Positions 8,211 to 16,187 of a stretch of 26,275 nt of DNA are shown here, one piece after another (the stretch's first letter is position 1; every line of letters starts with the position of its first letter). A model generated the notes under the pieces. It saw only the letters and a program-made list of their open reading frames with translations, searched no databases and was not told the origin of the DNA. Source of the stretch: Thermincola sp. Its GTDB lineage: Bacteria > Bacillota > Thermincolia > Thermincolales > UBA2595. Location of the stretch: assembly GCA_032027005.1 (NCBI GenBank), contig JAVSMW010000006.1, positions 111,268 through 137,542 on the forward strand, in the 5' to 3' direction. Made by a program: the position numbers and the translations under genes.

Positions 8211-9707
8211 ATGAAGTTCAGAAACTTCCTTGAAGTCTTAACTGAGGAAAATGAGGTAAATGAGGTCAGTGAAAAAGTCAGCCCTGTCTTACAGGCGGGG
8301 GCGTTGGGGGCAAAAAATGTGGAACTGGATGGTCCGGCGATGCATTTTAAGAACTTAGAAGGTTATCCCAACGCGTCACTGGTCACTGGGCTTTACGCTT
8401 CGCCCAGCGATTTGTATCCCAAGCGACGTAAGGCGTGGATCAGAACGAATGTTGCTCTGGAGCGTGAGTTGGAGGGGACGTATGAAGAGCTCCAGGAACA
8501 TATTTATGACGGTCTGGAGCAGGGCGGACTCAAACCCCTTGAAGTAAGCTCCGGACCATGTAAGGAAAATGTCAAACTGGACGATCAGGTGGATCTGAAT
8601 GAGTTTCCATTTCCGTTAATCCATGAACAGGACGGAGGTAAGTATAGCACCCAGCATGTGATTATCGTAGAGGATCCAGAAAACGGGGTAATTTCTTGGA
8701 GCGACGAAAGGTTTATGATCAAGGATCGCAACCTACTCGTCGTTAACCTCGATCCGGAAGGAAGACTTTATGAAATTTATCAAAAGTACGTTAAACTCAA
8801 CAAGCCGATGCCCTTTGCCGTGGCCATCGGTGTAGACTCCAGCATCCCTTTAGCGACAGCCGTGTTCATGGAAAGAGTGGGGCTGGGCGGACTGAAACGT
8901 GAAGTTCCTGCCGCGGACCTTGCCGGATATTTGGGTGGCGAACCGATTGAACTGGTAAAAACCCAAACCAATGGTCTGCTTGTTCCGGCCAGCAGCGAAA
9001 TAATCCTAGAGGGTGTTGCTATACCGGGGGAAACTGCCTTAGAAGGGCCATATCCGAATTTCTACCGCATCGAGAAAGCAACATGGCAACCAATATTCAC
9101 CGTCAAGGCAATTTCCCACCGCACAAATCCTATTATACCATTTGACGTTACCGGTATCAAGGGTAGTGATTCTATGAGTCTCCGCTCTTGGGCCCACTCG
9201 TTTAAAATCTATCGGATTTTGAACAGCTGGTGGTGGGGGACCAAAATTGCCCGTTGGGTCTATTGCCCTGTTTCTATGCGTATGGGGATGGGTATAGTCG
9301 CCGTGAACGCCCTCTACCCAGGGTTTGAGTTCCACTTCTCCCGTATTGTTTTCGCTTACAGCCACTGGTTTGACAAACTAATGCTGGTTGATAACGCCCT
9401 CGGCGCCGAAGAGTTGGCTAGGGTTATGCAGGACTTTATCCAAAAGGCTTCGCCGGTGCATGCCTTCCATTTCTCTAAGGACGATGTGGCGGCAATTACG
9501 CGTTCTGCCAAATATCCGAACGACGGTGAGCGCACAGGGCGCTTGTATATCAATGCTTGTCTTGATCCCACTTGGCCCAAGGAGATGATCCCAACACGGG
9601 TCAGCTTTGAGACGACATGGCCTGTGGCGTTGCAAGAAAAAATAATAACCAATTGGAGCAAGATGGGGTTTGTTAATAAACCGCAAAAACGATTAATTAA
9701 CGCATAA
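8211..9707 (+). CDS. UbiD-family paralog, B-type with diverged active site
   Basis: FRNFLEVL, SSGPCKENVKLDDQVDLNEFPFP, GGEPIELVK, SEIILEG; motif reads EGPYPN rather than EGPFGE. Confidence 0.88.
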   Translation: MKFRNFLEVLTEENEVNEVSEKVSPVLQAGALGAKNVELDGPAMHFKNLEGYPNASLVTGLYASPSDLYPKRRKAWIRTNVALERELEGTYEELQEHIYDGLEQGGLKPLEVSSGPCKENVKLDDQVDLNEFPFPLIHEQDGGKYSTQHVIIVEDPENGVISWSDERFMIKDRNLLVVNLDPEGRLYEIYQKYVKLNKPMPFAVAIGVDSSIPLATAVFMERVGLGGLKREVPAADLAGYLGGEPIELVKTQTNGLLVPASSEIILEGVAIPGETALEGPYPNFYRIEKATWQPIFTVKAISHRTNPIIPFDVTGIKGSDSMSLRSWAHSFKIYRILNSWWWGTKIARWVYCPVSMRMGMGIVAVNALYPGFEFHFSRIVFAYSHWFDKLMLVDNALGAEELARVMQDFIQKASPVHAFHFSKDDVAAITRSAKYPNDGERTGRLYINACLDPTWPKEMIPTRVSFETTWPVALQEKIITNWSKMGFVNKPQKRLINA

Positions 9708-9726
9708 GTTGCTTATTCAGGAATTT

Positions 9727-9759
9727 GGCGGGGAGAGGGACTTTCCTCCCCCCCCCGCC
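9727..9759 (+). terminator. GC-rich intercistronic hairpin (attenuator or terminator-like)
   Basis: GGCGGGGAGAGG ... CCTCCCCCCCCCGCC; no clear T tract. Confidence 0.35.
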
Positions 9760-9800
9760 CCCATCAAATTAAATTATTTGGTAATGGAAGGAGCCGGAAT

Positions 9801-10730
9801 ATGAGCGAGGAGAGAAACGAGGAGAGAACTGTCCTCAAGATCAATGTGGATTTAAACTGCGATCACAAGTGTGAACGGTGCGAAAAGTTTTTTGAATGTG
9901 ATGACGATATTAAATGGAAGATTTATGGTCGACGCAGAATGGCTCGCGCAGCCCGAACCATGAAGAAAATCAAGTATAAGATCGCCATCGGGGGCGGGAA
10001 AGGCGGAGTCGGCAAATCAACCACAACGGCTAACTTGGCTGTGGCTCTGGCGCAAATGGGTTACAAAGTCAGCGTATTGGATCAGGATTTTGACGGTTCA
10101 ACGATTCCCAAGTTATTTGGGGTGATGGATAAAAGGATGAAACTGGGAGAAAAAGGCTTGAAACCAGTGGAGGGGTTACTGGGTATTCAGATGGTTTCTT
10201 TGGGCTTAATCCAAAAAGAATCCGAAGTGGTAACGATGTTTCATGATATGCGGAGGGGAACTACCGAAGAGTTTTTAGCCCATGTGGATTATGGCGAAAT
10301 TGATTTTTTACTGGTTGACCTGCCCCCGGGTACCAGCTCTGACGCGGTAAACCTAATGCAGTATATACCTGATTTAAACGGTCTGATTGTCATTACTATT
10401 CCGCCTTATGTGTCCCAACTGGCGGCGAGAAAAGCGGCGCAGATTGCCATGAAGGCGGAAACTCCTGTTCTTGGAATAATTGAAAATATGAGCGGGTATA
10501 TCTGCCATAAATGCGGGAAGGAATTTGACGTGTTACAGCGCGGCGGTGGTGAAAGGCTGGCGGAGGAGCTTGGGGTGAATTTCCTTGGAAGAGTACCTCT
10601 GAATAAGGAGTTAAGCGAGGCATCCGACGCTGGGGAACCGTTTGTTTACAAATATCCGGAAAACCCTGGCACAAAGGGAATGCAAGATATAGCTAAGCGC
10701 TTAGTTAAATTGCTTGAAGAAGGTGTCTAA
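9801..10730 (+). CDS. Mrp/NBP35-like P-loop ATPase with N-terminal CX3CX2CX5C motif
   Basis: CDHKCERCEKFFEC, GGKGGVGKST, DFLLVDLPPGTSS, CHKC. Confidence 0.92.
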   Translation: MSEERNEERTVLKINVDLNCDHKCERCEKFFECDDDIKWKIYGRRRMARAARTMKKIKYKIAIGGGKGGVGKSTTTANLAVALAQMGYKVSVLDQDFDGSTIPKLFGVMDKRMKLGEKGLKPVEGLLGIQMVSLGLIQKESEVVTMFHDMRRGTTEEFLAHVDYGEIDFLLVDLPPGTSSDAVNLMQYIPDLNGLIVITIPPYVSQLAARKAAQIAMKAETPVLGIIENMSGYICHKCGKEFDVLQRGGGERLAEELGVNFLGRVPLNKELSEASDAGEPFVYKYPENPGTKGMQDIAKRLVKLLEEGV

Positions 10731-10773
10731 AATAAAACAGGTGGGTGAAATTTAATCTGAAAGGGGAACCGTT

Positions 10774-11697
10774 ATGAGCGATTCAAGCATTAAAGAAGAA
10801 ATTGATCTGATTGGGATTAATGTGGATACCTCATGTTCTTACGACTGCGCCAACTGTGAGAGGTATTTTGAATGCAAGTGGCCGCAGAAGGAAGATTTTT
10901 TGAAACATGGTTTCTATCCCTTGGCCAAGGAAAACCTGAAAAATGTTAAAAGGAAAATTTTGGTTTTGGGTGGCAAAGGGGGCGTCGGCAAGTCCATGCT
11001 GGCAACCAACTTGGCGGCTGCTCTGGCTAAACTCGGCAAAAAAGTGTGTGTTCTGGACCAAAATTACGACTGTCCCGCTGTACCGATTATGCTTGGAGTT
11101 GAGGGCAAAAAGCTGAAGACTGGGGAAAACGGTTTTATCCCGGTTGTAGGAGCAGGCGGGGTCAAAGTGGTTTCGATGGGCCTGATTTTGTCTCAGGATG
11201 AAATAATTATCTGGTTCCATGATTCGAAAAGGGCAGCAACTGAGGAGTTCCTTACCAATGTGGACTTTGGAGAGTTGGATTATCTTATTTTTGATATTCC
11301 AGCGGGTACCAGCAGCGAAACTGTCAATGTCATGAAGTTAATACCGGACATGGACGGCAGTATTGTAATCACGGTTCCCAGTGAGGTATCTCAAAACGTG
11401 GCGAAAAGAGCCATATTAGTCAGCCAGCAGGCTGGTGTACCTGTCTTGGGGGTCATTGAAAATATGGGTTCGTTTACCTGTCCGGACTGCGGAGAGGTCG
11501 TAGGGATTCTGCAAAGCGGCGGTGGGCAAAAGCTGGCGAGCGATATGGGCATGGAGTATTGGGGCTCAATTCCGATGGACTTGGAAGTAAGCAGTTCTCT
11601 AGATCATGGCAACCCCTTCGTCTTGAACGATGAAAATTTTGTGGGTTCGCAAGTGGTTATGACCGCGGCGCAAAAGTTGATTAAAAAATATGATTAA
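10774..11697 (+). CDS. Mrp/NBP35-like P-loop ATPase, variant
   Basis: CSYDCANCERYFEC, GGKGGVGKSM, DYLIFDIPAGTSS, CPDC; VLDQNYDCPAVP replaces VLDQDFDGPTIP. Confidence 0.9.
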   Translation: MSDSSIKEEIDLIGINVDTSCSYDCANCERYFECKWPQKEDFLKHGFYPLAKENLKNVKRKILVLGGKGGVGKSMLATNLAAALAKLGKKVCVLDQNYDCPAVPIMLGVEGKKLKTGENGFIPVVGAGGVKVVSMGLILSQDEIIIWFHDSKRAATEEFLTNVDFGELDYLIFDIPAGTSSETVNVMKLIPDMDGSIVITVPSEVSQNVAKRAILVSQQAGVPVLGVIENMGSFTCPDCGEVVGILQSGGGQKLASDMGMEYWGSIPMDLEVSSSLDHGNPFVLNDENFVGSQVVMTAAQKLIKKYD

Positions 11698-11772
11698 TAA
11701 TGATGCCCAAATGATTGACATGCGAATCTAATCCATACTATGCGTAATGTTTGCAGAGGAGGTGAAACATGC

Positions 11773-12141
11773 ATGGCTAAGGTTTATCAAACAATAATAT
11801 CATTAGCAGAAAAGGAACTCAAGCCGTGGTGGAAAAAAGATTCCGGCTTAGTAGGGCTGAGCGAAGGGGACCTCGCTGAACCGAAACAGCTAAATCTGCA
11901 GCTAACTGATGAAGAAACAATGGAAAATTTCGATGCTGTAGCGTTAGTATGTAATAATCGGGAGAAACTCTCTGATAGCGATACATTGCAGGTTGTTGAT
12001 TTTGAAACATCAACATGTATAAAAGAACTGTTTATCAAAATCATTGAAAAAATAGAGGAGCCCGAAGTACAATTAAATTTTAATACTAAAAAACAGCGTC
12101 TCAGCCAAAAAGGAGATATTCTTAAGTCTCTTCTCAAATGA
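11773..12141 (+). CDS. Hypothetical protein (122 aa)
   Basis: GAGGAGGTGAAAC RBS upstream of ATG 11773; no recognised family. Confidence 0.6.
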   Translation: MAKVYQTIISLAEKELKPWWKKDSGLVGLSEGDLAEPKQLNLQLTDEETMENFDAVALVCNNREKLSDSDTLQVVDFETSTCIKELFIKIIEKIEEPEVQLNFNTKKQRLSQKGDILKSLLK

Positions 12142-12185
12142 CGTCCAAAAATAAAAATTAGAAATGTTAGACGAGGAGGGTAAAT

Positions 12186-12389
12186 ATGCCAATTTACGAA
12201 TATAAATGCGCCAATGGTCATGTTTTTGAAGAATGGCAAAATATCAACGACAAACCGTTGGAAAAATGCCGGATTTGCGACGCTGATGTGAAAAAATTGA
12301 TTTCCCGGTTCAAGACTCAGCGTTTATGGAACGGTTCAGGTATTTATGTTTTTGACCGGGCCGGCAAAAGTCCTGATTGGAACCGGTAA
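12186..12389 (+). CDS. FmdB-type putative zinc ribbon protein
   Basis: MPIYEYKCANGHVFEEW...EKCRICDA start typical of the FmdB/CxxC regulatory family; GAGGAGG RBS. Confidence 0.8.
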   Translation: MPIYEYKCANGHVFEEWQNINDKPLEKCRICDADVKKLISRFKTQRLWNGSGIYVFDRAGKSPDWNR

Positions 12390-12420
12390 CTTACCAGCTT
12401 GATAAAAGGGGGCGATCGGC

Positions 12421-12858
12421 ATGGAAATTGAGAGTTTAGTCGTAGAGGGACACTTAGTTTCCGGATTGGGAGAGGGGACTTACATGACCAAACTGGAGTG
12501 GGTAGAGTTGCAGTGCCAGAAAAAATTCGGTTTTCATCCTCAACCGGGAACATTTAATATCCAGCTCGATAAGAAAGAGAGCGAGCGCTACTCAATAGTA
12601 AAAAAATATCGGGGGATAAAAATCCTTCCGCCTTCCGATATCTTTGCTGCGGCAAAATGTTTTCCGGTTCAAGTAGGAAAAGTTAAAGGTATCGTAGCGA
12701 TTCCCCTGCTGGATGATTACCCCCCAAACATTCTGGAAATCATTGCGCCCATACGGATGAGGGATGCGCTGGGTGTCCGGGAAGGCGACCTGATCCAGGT
12801 AAAGATTGAATTGGGATCTTTTGTTAAACGAGGTGATGACCAATCGGAGTTGAAGTAA
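12421..12858 (+). CDS. CTP-dependent riboflavin kinase-like protein (DUF120/archaeal RibK family)
   Basis: GHLVSGLGEGTYMTKL, FGFHPQPGTFNIQL, YRGIKILP, PNILEIIAPIRMRDALGVREGDLIQVKI match the RibK family pattern as I know it. Confidence 0.75.
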   Translation: MEIESLVVEGHLVSGLGEGTYMTKLEWVELQCQKKFGFHPQPGTFNIQLDKKESERYSIVKKYRGIKILPPSDIFAAAKCFPVQVGKVKGIVAIPLLDDYPPNILEIIAPIRMRDALGVREGDLIQVKIELGSFVKRGDDQSELK

Positions 12859-13607
12859 TAAGCTTTGATGTTCACGGTACCCTTGTCGAAAAAGGTGGCG
12901 TAAAGGCTTTCAGGGCGGCAGTCAAATCGGTGGTATCTTTTTTGAATTCCCGGGATGTTCATTTGACTGAAGAAGATTATTTTTCGATCTGGAAAAACAA
13001 TTTGAAATGCTGGTCAAGCTATTTGCATGAAAACAAAGAAGTTGACTTTTACCGGTGGTATGAGGGCATATTGTACCGGGTCGGAATAGCTTACGACAAA
13101 AGTTTGATTGATTTATTCAATAATTATTGGATGGAGGGTTTCAAAAACTTTACTAAGCCGATTCAAGGTGCGGGAAAACTTCTTTCGGAACTCAAACGGC
13201 AGGGGTACAAATTAGGGGTTGTTTCCAACGGTTTAGCCCGAAATAATGTTTTGGATCTACAGCGGACCGGGCTGGAAAGTTATTTCAGTTCTATCGTCAT
13301 CTCCTCAGACGTGGGTTACAGAAAACCTGAGTCGGCACCTTTTTTAAAAGCACTGGCTGAATTGGAAACAAACCCTCAGAATGCGGTTATGGTCGGCGAC
13401 AGTATGAAAGAAGATATTTGTGGCGCTAAAAAAGTTGGCATGAGAACAGTCTGGGTAAGAGGATGCGATGGGTTGAGAACCGTTACCGATAAGGTATTGG
13501 ATTCGGATGCAGCCGTGCAGCCCGACGAGACTGATGTGGCTGATGTGGTCGTAGATCAGCTAGAGGAATTGTATTTGCTTCTTTCAGCAGGGCGCTGGCC
13601 AAGCTAA
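12855..13607 (+). CDS. HAD-superfamily hydrolase, start codon unresolved
   Basis: Reading upstream of the listed start (12930) gives VISFDVHGTLVEKGG (motif I). Later: VVSNG (II), GYRKPESAPF (III), VMVGDSMKEDICGAKKVGM (IV). No ATG/GTG/TTG in frame before motif I. Confidence 0.7.
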   Translation, partial: VISFDVHGTLVEKGGVKAFRAAVKSVVSFLNSRDVHLTEEDYFSIWKNNLKCWSSYLHENKEVDFYRWYEGILYRVGIAYDKSLIDLFNNYWMEGFKNFTKPIQGAGKLLSELKRQGYKLGVVSNGLARNNVLDLQRTGLESYFSSIVISSDVGYRKPESAPFLKALAELETNPQNAVMVGDSMKEDICGAKKVGMRTVWVRGCDGLRTVTDKVLDSDAAVQPDETDVADVVVDQLEELYLLLSAGRWPS

Positions 13608-13669
13608 GACCGCTCAAAGTCATGGCTGGTCTATAAAATTGTTATGGAATAAAGATAGGAGGGTTACTA

Positions 13670-14065
13670 ATGGAAAATTTTGTTGCTGATAAGTTAAGGG
13701 AAGGGTTAGAAATATTTCACAGCTTTCTTGATGCCAACCAGGATAAGATTAAAAATGGAGAGCCTTTTATGATGCTTGTCCTAGATCTGGACAACATTTG
13801 TGACAAAGTAGTGAAAGGAATTGTGGCCCAGAATAGCGAGGAAGAGGGCTGGATTGACCTATGGATTAAGGATCAAAATGATAAAATCAGGCATGATGTC
13901 TGGAAAATCAAGGTTCTTGAAGAATTTGACGAGGATGAGGTTGATGTTAGGAGACCTGAAGCGGATGCAACAATCGTGGCCGGGATGTTCGGGAGCACTA
14001 TGACCACGGAGCACATGGAGCAAGATGCGGTGAAATATAAAAAAGAGTTCGGGCGCAAGAAATAA
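13670..14065 (+). CDS. Hypothetical protein (131 aa)
   Basis: GGAGG RBS, in the operon run; no recognised family. Confidence 0.6.
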   Translation: MENFVADKLREGLEIFHSFLDANQDKIKNGEPFMMLVLDLDNICDKVVKGIVAQNSEEEGWIDLWIKDQNDKIRHDVWKIKVLEEFDEDEVDVRRPEADATIVAGMFGSTMTTEHMEQDAVKYKKEFGRKK

Positions 14066-14101
14066 ACGGATAAACGCATTCGATCGAGGAGGGAAATTGT
14101 A

Positions 14102-15151
14102 GTGGCGATTATTAAAAAAAAGAAAAGTGTAAACCAGGAAGAGGGTAGAAGGGAAATCAAAAGCGTAGTTTCGCAGGACATGAAATGCGATTTTATCTGC
14201 GAGTACTGTGAACGTTTCTTTGATTGCGACCGTCCGGAAAAGGCAAAAATTTACGAGCGGAGGAGGATGGTGAGCGCGCGGAAAGCCCTGGCCAATATTA
14301 AACACAAGATCCTGGTGGCCGGTGGCAAGGGAGGCGTAGGCAAATCGACCTGTTCCGCCAATTTGGCGGCGGGACTAGCCATGATGGGGTTACAGACTAC
14401 CGTCCTTGACCAGGATCTTGACGGCTCATCTATTCCCAAAATGCTTGGCGTGATGGAAAAACGGATGCAGATTGGCGAAGACGGGCTAATTCCGGTGGAA
14501 GGACCTCTCGGGATCCAGGTAGTGGCCATGGCCAATCTTAAAGAAGCAGGAGATGCGGTGGTCTGGTTCCATGAAATGCGGCGCAATGCCAGTGAGGAGT
14601 TTATCTGCCATACCGATTACGGCACCCGGGATATCCTGGTTGTCGATTTGCCGCCAGGGACCAGTTCGGATAATGTTTCAGTAGTTCAGCTTATCCCGGA
14701 GGCCTCCGGTTATGTCGTGGTGACGGCCGCCAGCAAAGTTTCTCAGGCCACGGCGCGCAAGGCAGTTATTTTCGGTAAAAAGGCCGGGATGAGGATCTTG
14801 GGTGTGATTGAAAACATGAGTGGTTATATCTGCGAACACTGTGGGATGGAGGATGACCTGTTGCCATTGGGCGGAGGATATGATCTGGCTAAAGAGGAAG
14901 ATGTGCCTTTTCTGGGCAAAATCCCGCTGGACCCGGGTCTGGCCCGTTCGTGCGATGAAGGACGCCCTTTAGTCGAGGCCTTACAGGGTAGCCCCCTGGC
15001 TAAAATTATTCAGCAAATTTTACTCAAAATATTGGCCCAGCTTAACAGCGATAAGCAATTCGGCTTTGCCGACAGCGACAAACTCATTGAAATTGGCGGT
15101 GACATAGATACAATTCTGGAAAGAATAAAAAGGAAGGGGGAAACGAACTGA
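14102..15151 (+). CDS. Mrp/NBP35-like P-loop ATPase with N-terminal CX3CX2CX5C motif and C-terminal extension
   Basis: CDFICEYCERFFDC, GGKGGVGKST, DILVVDLPPGTSS, CEHC; GTG start behind GAGGAGGG. Confidence 0.9.
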   Translation: MAIIKKKKSVNQEEGRREIKSVVSQDMKCDFICEYCERFFDCDRPEKAKIYERRRMVSARKALANIKHKILVAGGKGGVGKSTCSANLAAGLAMMGLQTTVLDQDLDGSSIPKMLGVMEKRMQIGEDGLIPVEGPLGIQVVAMANLKEAGDAVVWFHEMRRNASEEFICHTDYGTRDILVVDLPPGTSSDNVSVVQLIPEASGYVVVTAASKVSQATARKAVIFGKKAGMRILGVIENMSGYICEHCGMEDDLLPLGGGYDLAKEEDVPFLGKIPLDPGLARSCDEGRPLVEALQGSPLAKIIQQILLKILAQLNSDKQFGFADSDKLIEIGGDIDTILERIKRKGETN

Positions 15152-16158
15152 TGGCAATAATTAAAAAGAAAACTAATAATATTAAGAAAATTACTTCATT
15201 CAATGTTAATCTTTCATGTGTTATTGATGAAGAAAGTGGCCGTATCGCCTGCGAGAAGTGCGAAAAGTTTTTTGACTGCAAGGAACAAAGCAAGTGGGAC
15301 GTTTATAAACATGGGCGGCTAGCGCTGGCCCAGCGGAAAATGTCGTCAATTAAACATAAAATTGCCATTGTTGGCGGCAAGGGTGGCGTGGGCAAGACCA
15401 TGCTGGCCGTCAACATTGCCGCCGGACTGGCCAAGCGCGGGAAACGGGTGGCGGTCCTTGATTCCGATTATGACGGGTCCAGCGTCCCGAGGATGCTGGG
15501 GGTGGCTGATAAAAAGCTTTATATGGGTGCACAGGGTATTGAACCGGTGGAAGCTTTGCTGGGTATCAAGGTGGTTTCCATGGGGAACCTGAGGAATGAT
15601 AACGATATTGTTACGTGGTATTCCGATAGCCGACGGGGAGCCACAGAAGAGTTTATTACTCATGTCAACTATGGTGAGCTTGATTACTTGATTGTTGATT
15701 TGCCGCCGGGCACCAGCGCCGACACGGTGAACAGCATGCTGTTTATCCCGGATATGACCGGTATTGTCTTCATTACTGTTCCTTCCGAGGTTTCTCAGGG
15801 GGTAGCCTTACGGGCTGCTACGATCTGCGGCAAGGGCGGCGTCAAAGGAATCGGGATTGTTGAGAATATGAGCGGTCATGTCTGCCGGCACTGCGATCAT
15901 CGTTCCGAGATATATTCTACAGGGGGCGGAGAAAAACTCGCCGAAGCTACGGGAATACCACTGATCGGCAAGTTGCCGGTTGAAGGTTATGCCGGTATGG
16001 CCTGTGATGAAGGTGTACCGTTTGTGGTCGCCTACCCGGAAAGCGCATCCGCCAAAATTATGGAAAAAGTTGTTGATAAAATAGAAGAAGAAGTTCTTAC
16101 CAGTAGACGCGATTTGAGCCACCTTAACACGGATTACGGAAAACGCTCCTGGTGGTAA
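15151..16158 (+). CDS. Mrp/NBP35-like P-loop ATPase with N-terminal CX10CX2CX5C motif
   Basis: CVIDEESGRIACEKCEKFFDC, GGKGGVGKTM, DYLIVDLPPGTSA, CRHC; TGATG overlap with the previous gene. Confidence 0.9.
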   Translation: MAIIKKKTNNIKKITSFNVNLSCVIDEESGRIACEKCEKFFDCKEQSKWDVYKHGRLALAQRKMSSIKHKIAIVGGKGGVGKTMLAVNIAAGLAKRGKRVAVLDSDYDGSSVPRMLGVADKKLYMGAQGIEPVEALLGIKVVSMGNLRNDNDIVTWYSDSRRGATEEFITHVNYGELDYLIVDLPPGTSADTVNSMLFIPDMTGIVFITVPSEVSQGVALRAATICGKGGVKGIGIVENMSGHVCRHCDHRSEIYSTGGGEKLAEATGIPLIGKLPVEGYAGMACDEGVPFVVAYPESASAKIMEKVVDKIEEEVLTSRRDLSHLNTDYGKRSWW

Positions 16159-16173
16159 AAAAATGCGTAGAAA

Positions 16174-16187
16174 GTTCGTATAAGAAC
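16174..16187. promoter_or_regulatory. Candidate operator GTTCGTATAAGAAC
   Basis: Near-perfect palindrome upstream of the 16407-20681 gene run; matches the 5382 and 6048 motifs. Confidence 0.45.

Noticed and set aside
9745-9762. Run of 9 C residues as a phase-variation tract
   Set aside because: It is intergenic and part of a G/C hairpin; no frame depends on it. Length may also be subject to sequencing error.
4142-16158. ATPases as nitrogenase/protochlorophyllide reductase iron proteins (NifH/BchL-like)
   Set aside because: The shared P-loop is family-wide, but the C-terminal CX2C and the conserved xGPxxPRMLG-type region fit Mrp/NBP35 better; no NifDK-like partner is present.
4142-16158. ATPases as chromosome or plasmid partitioning ParA
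   Set aside because: No ParB or parS nearby, and Cys motifs are present at both ends.
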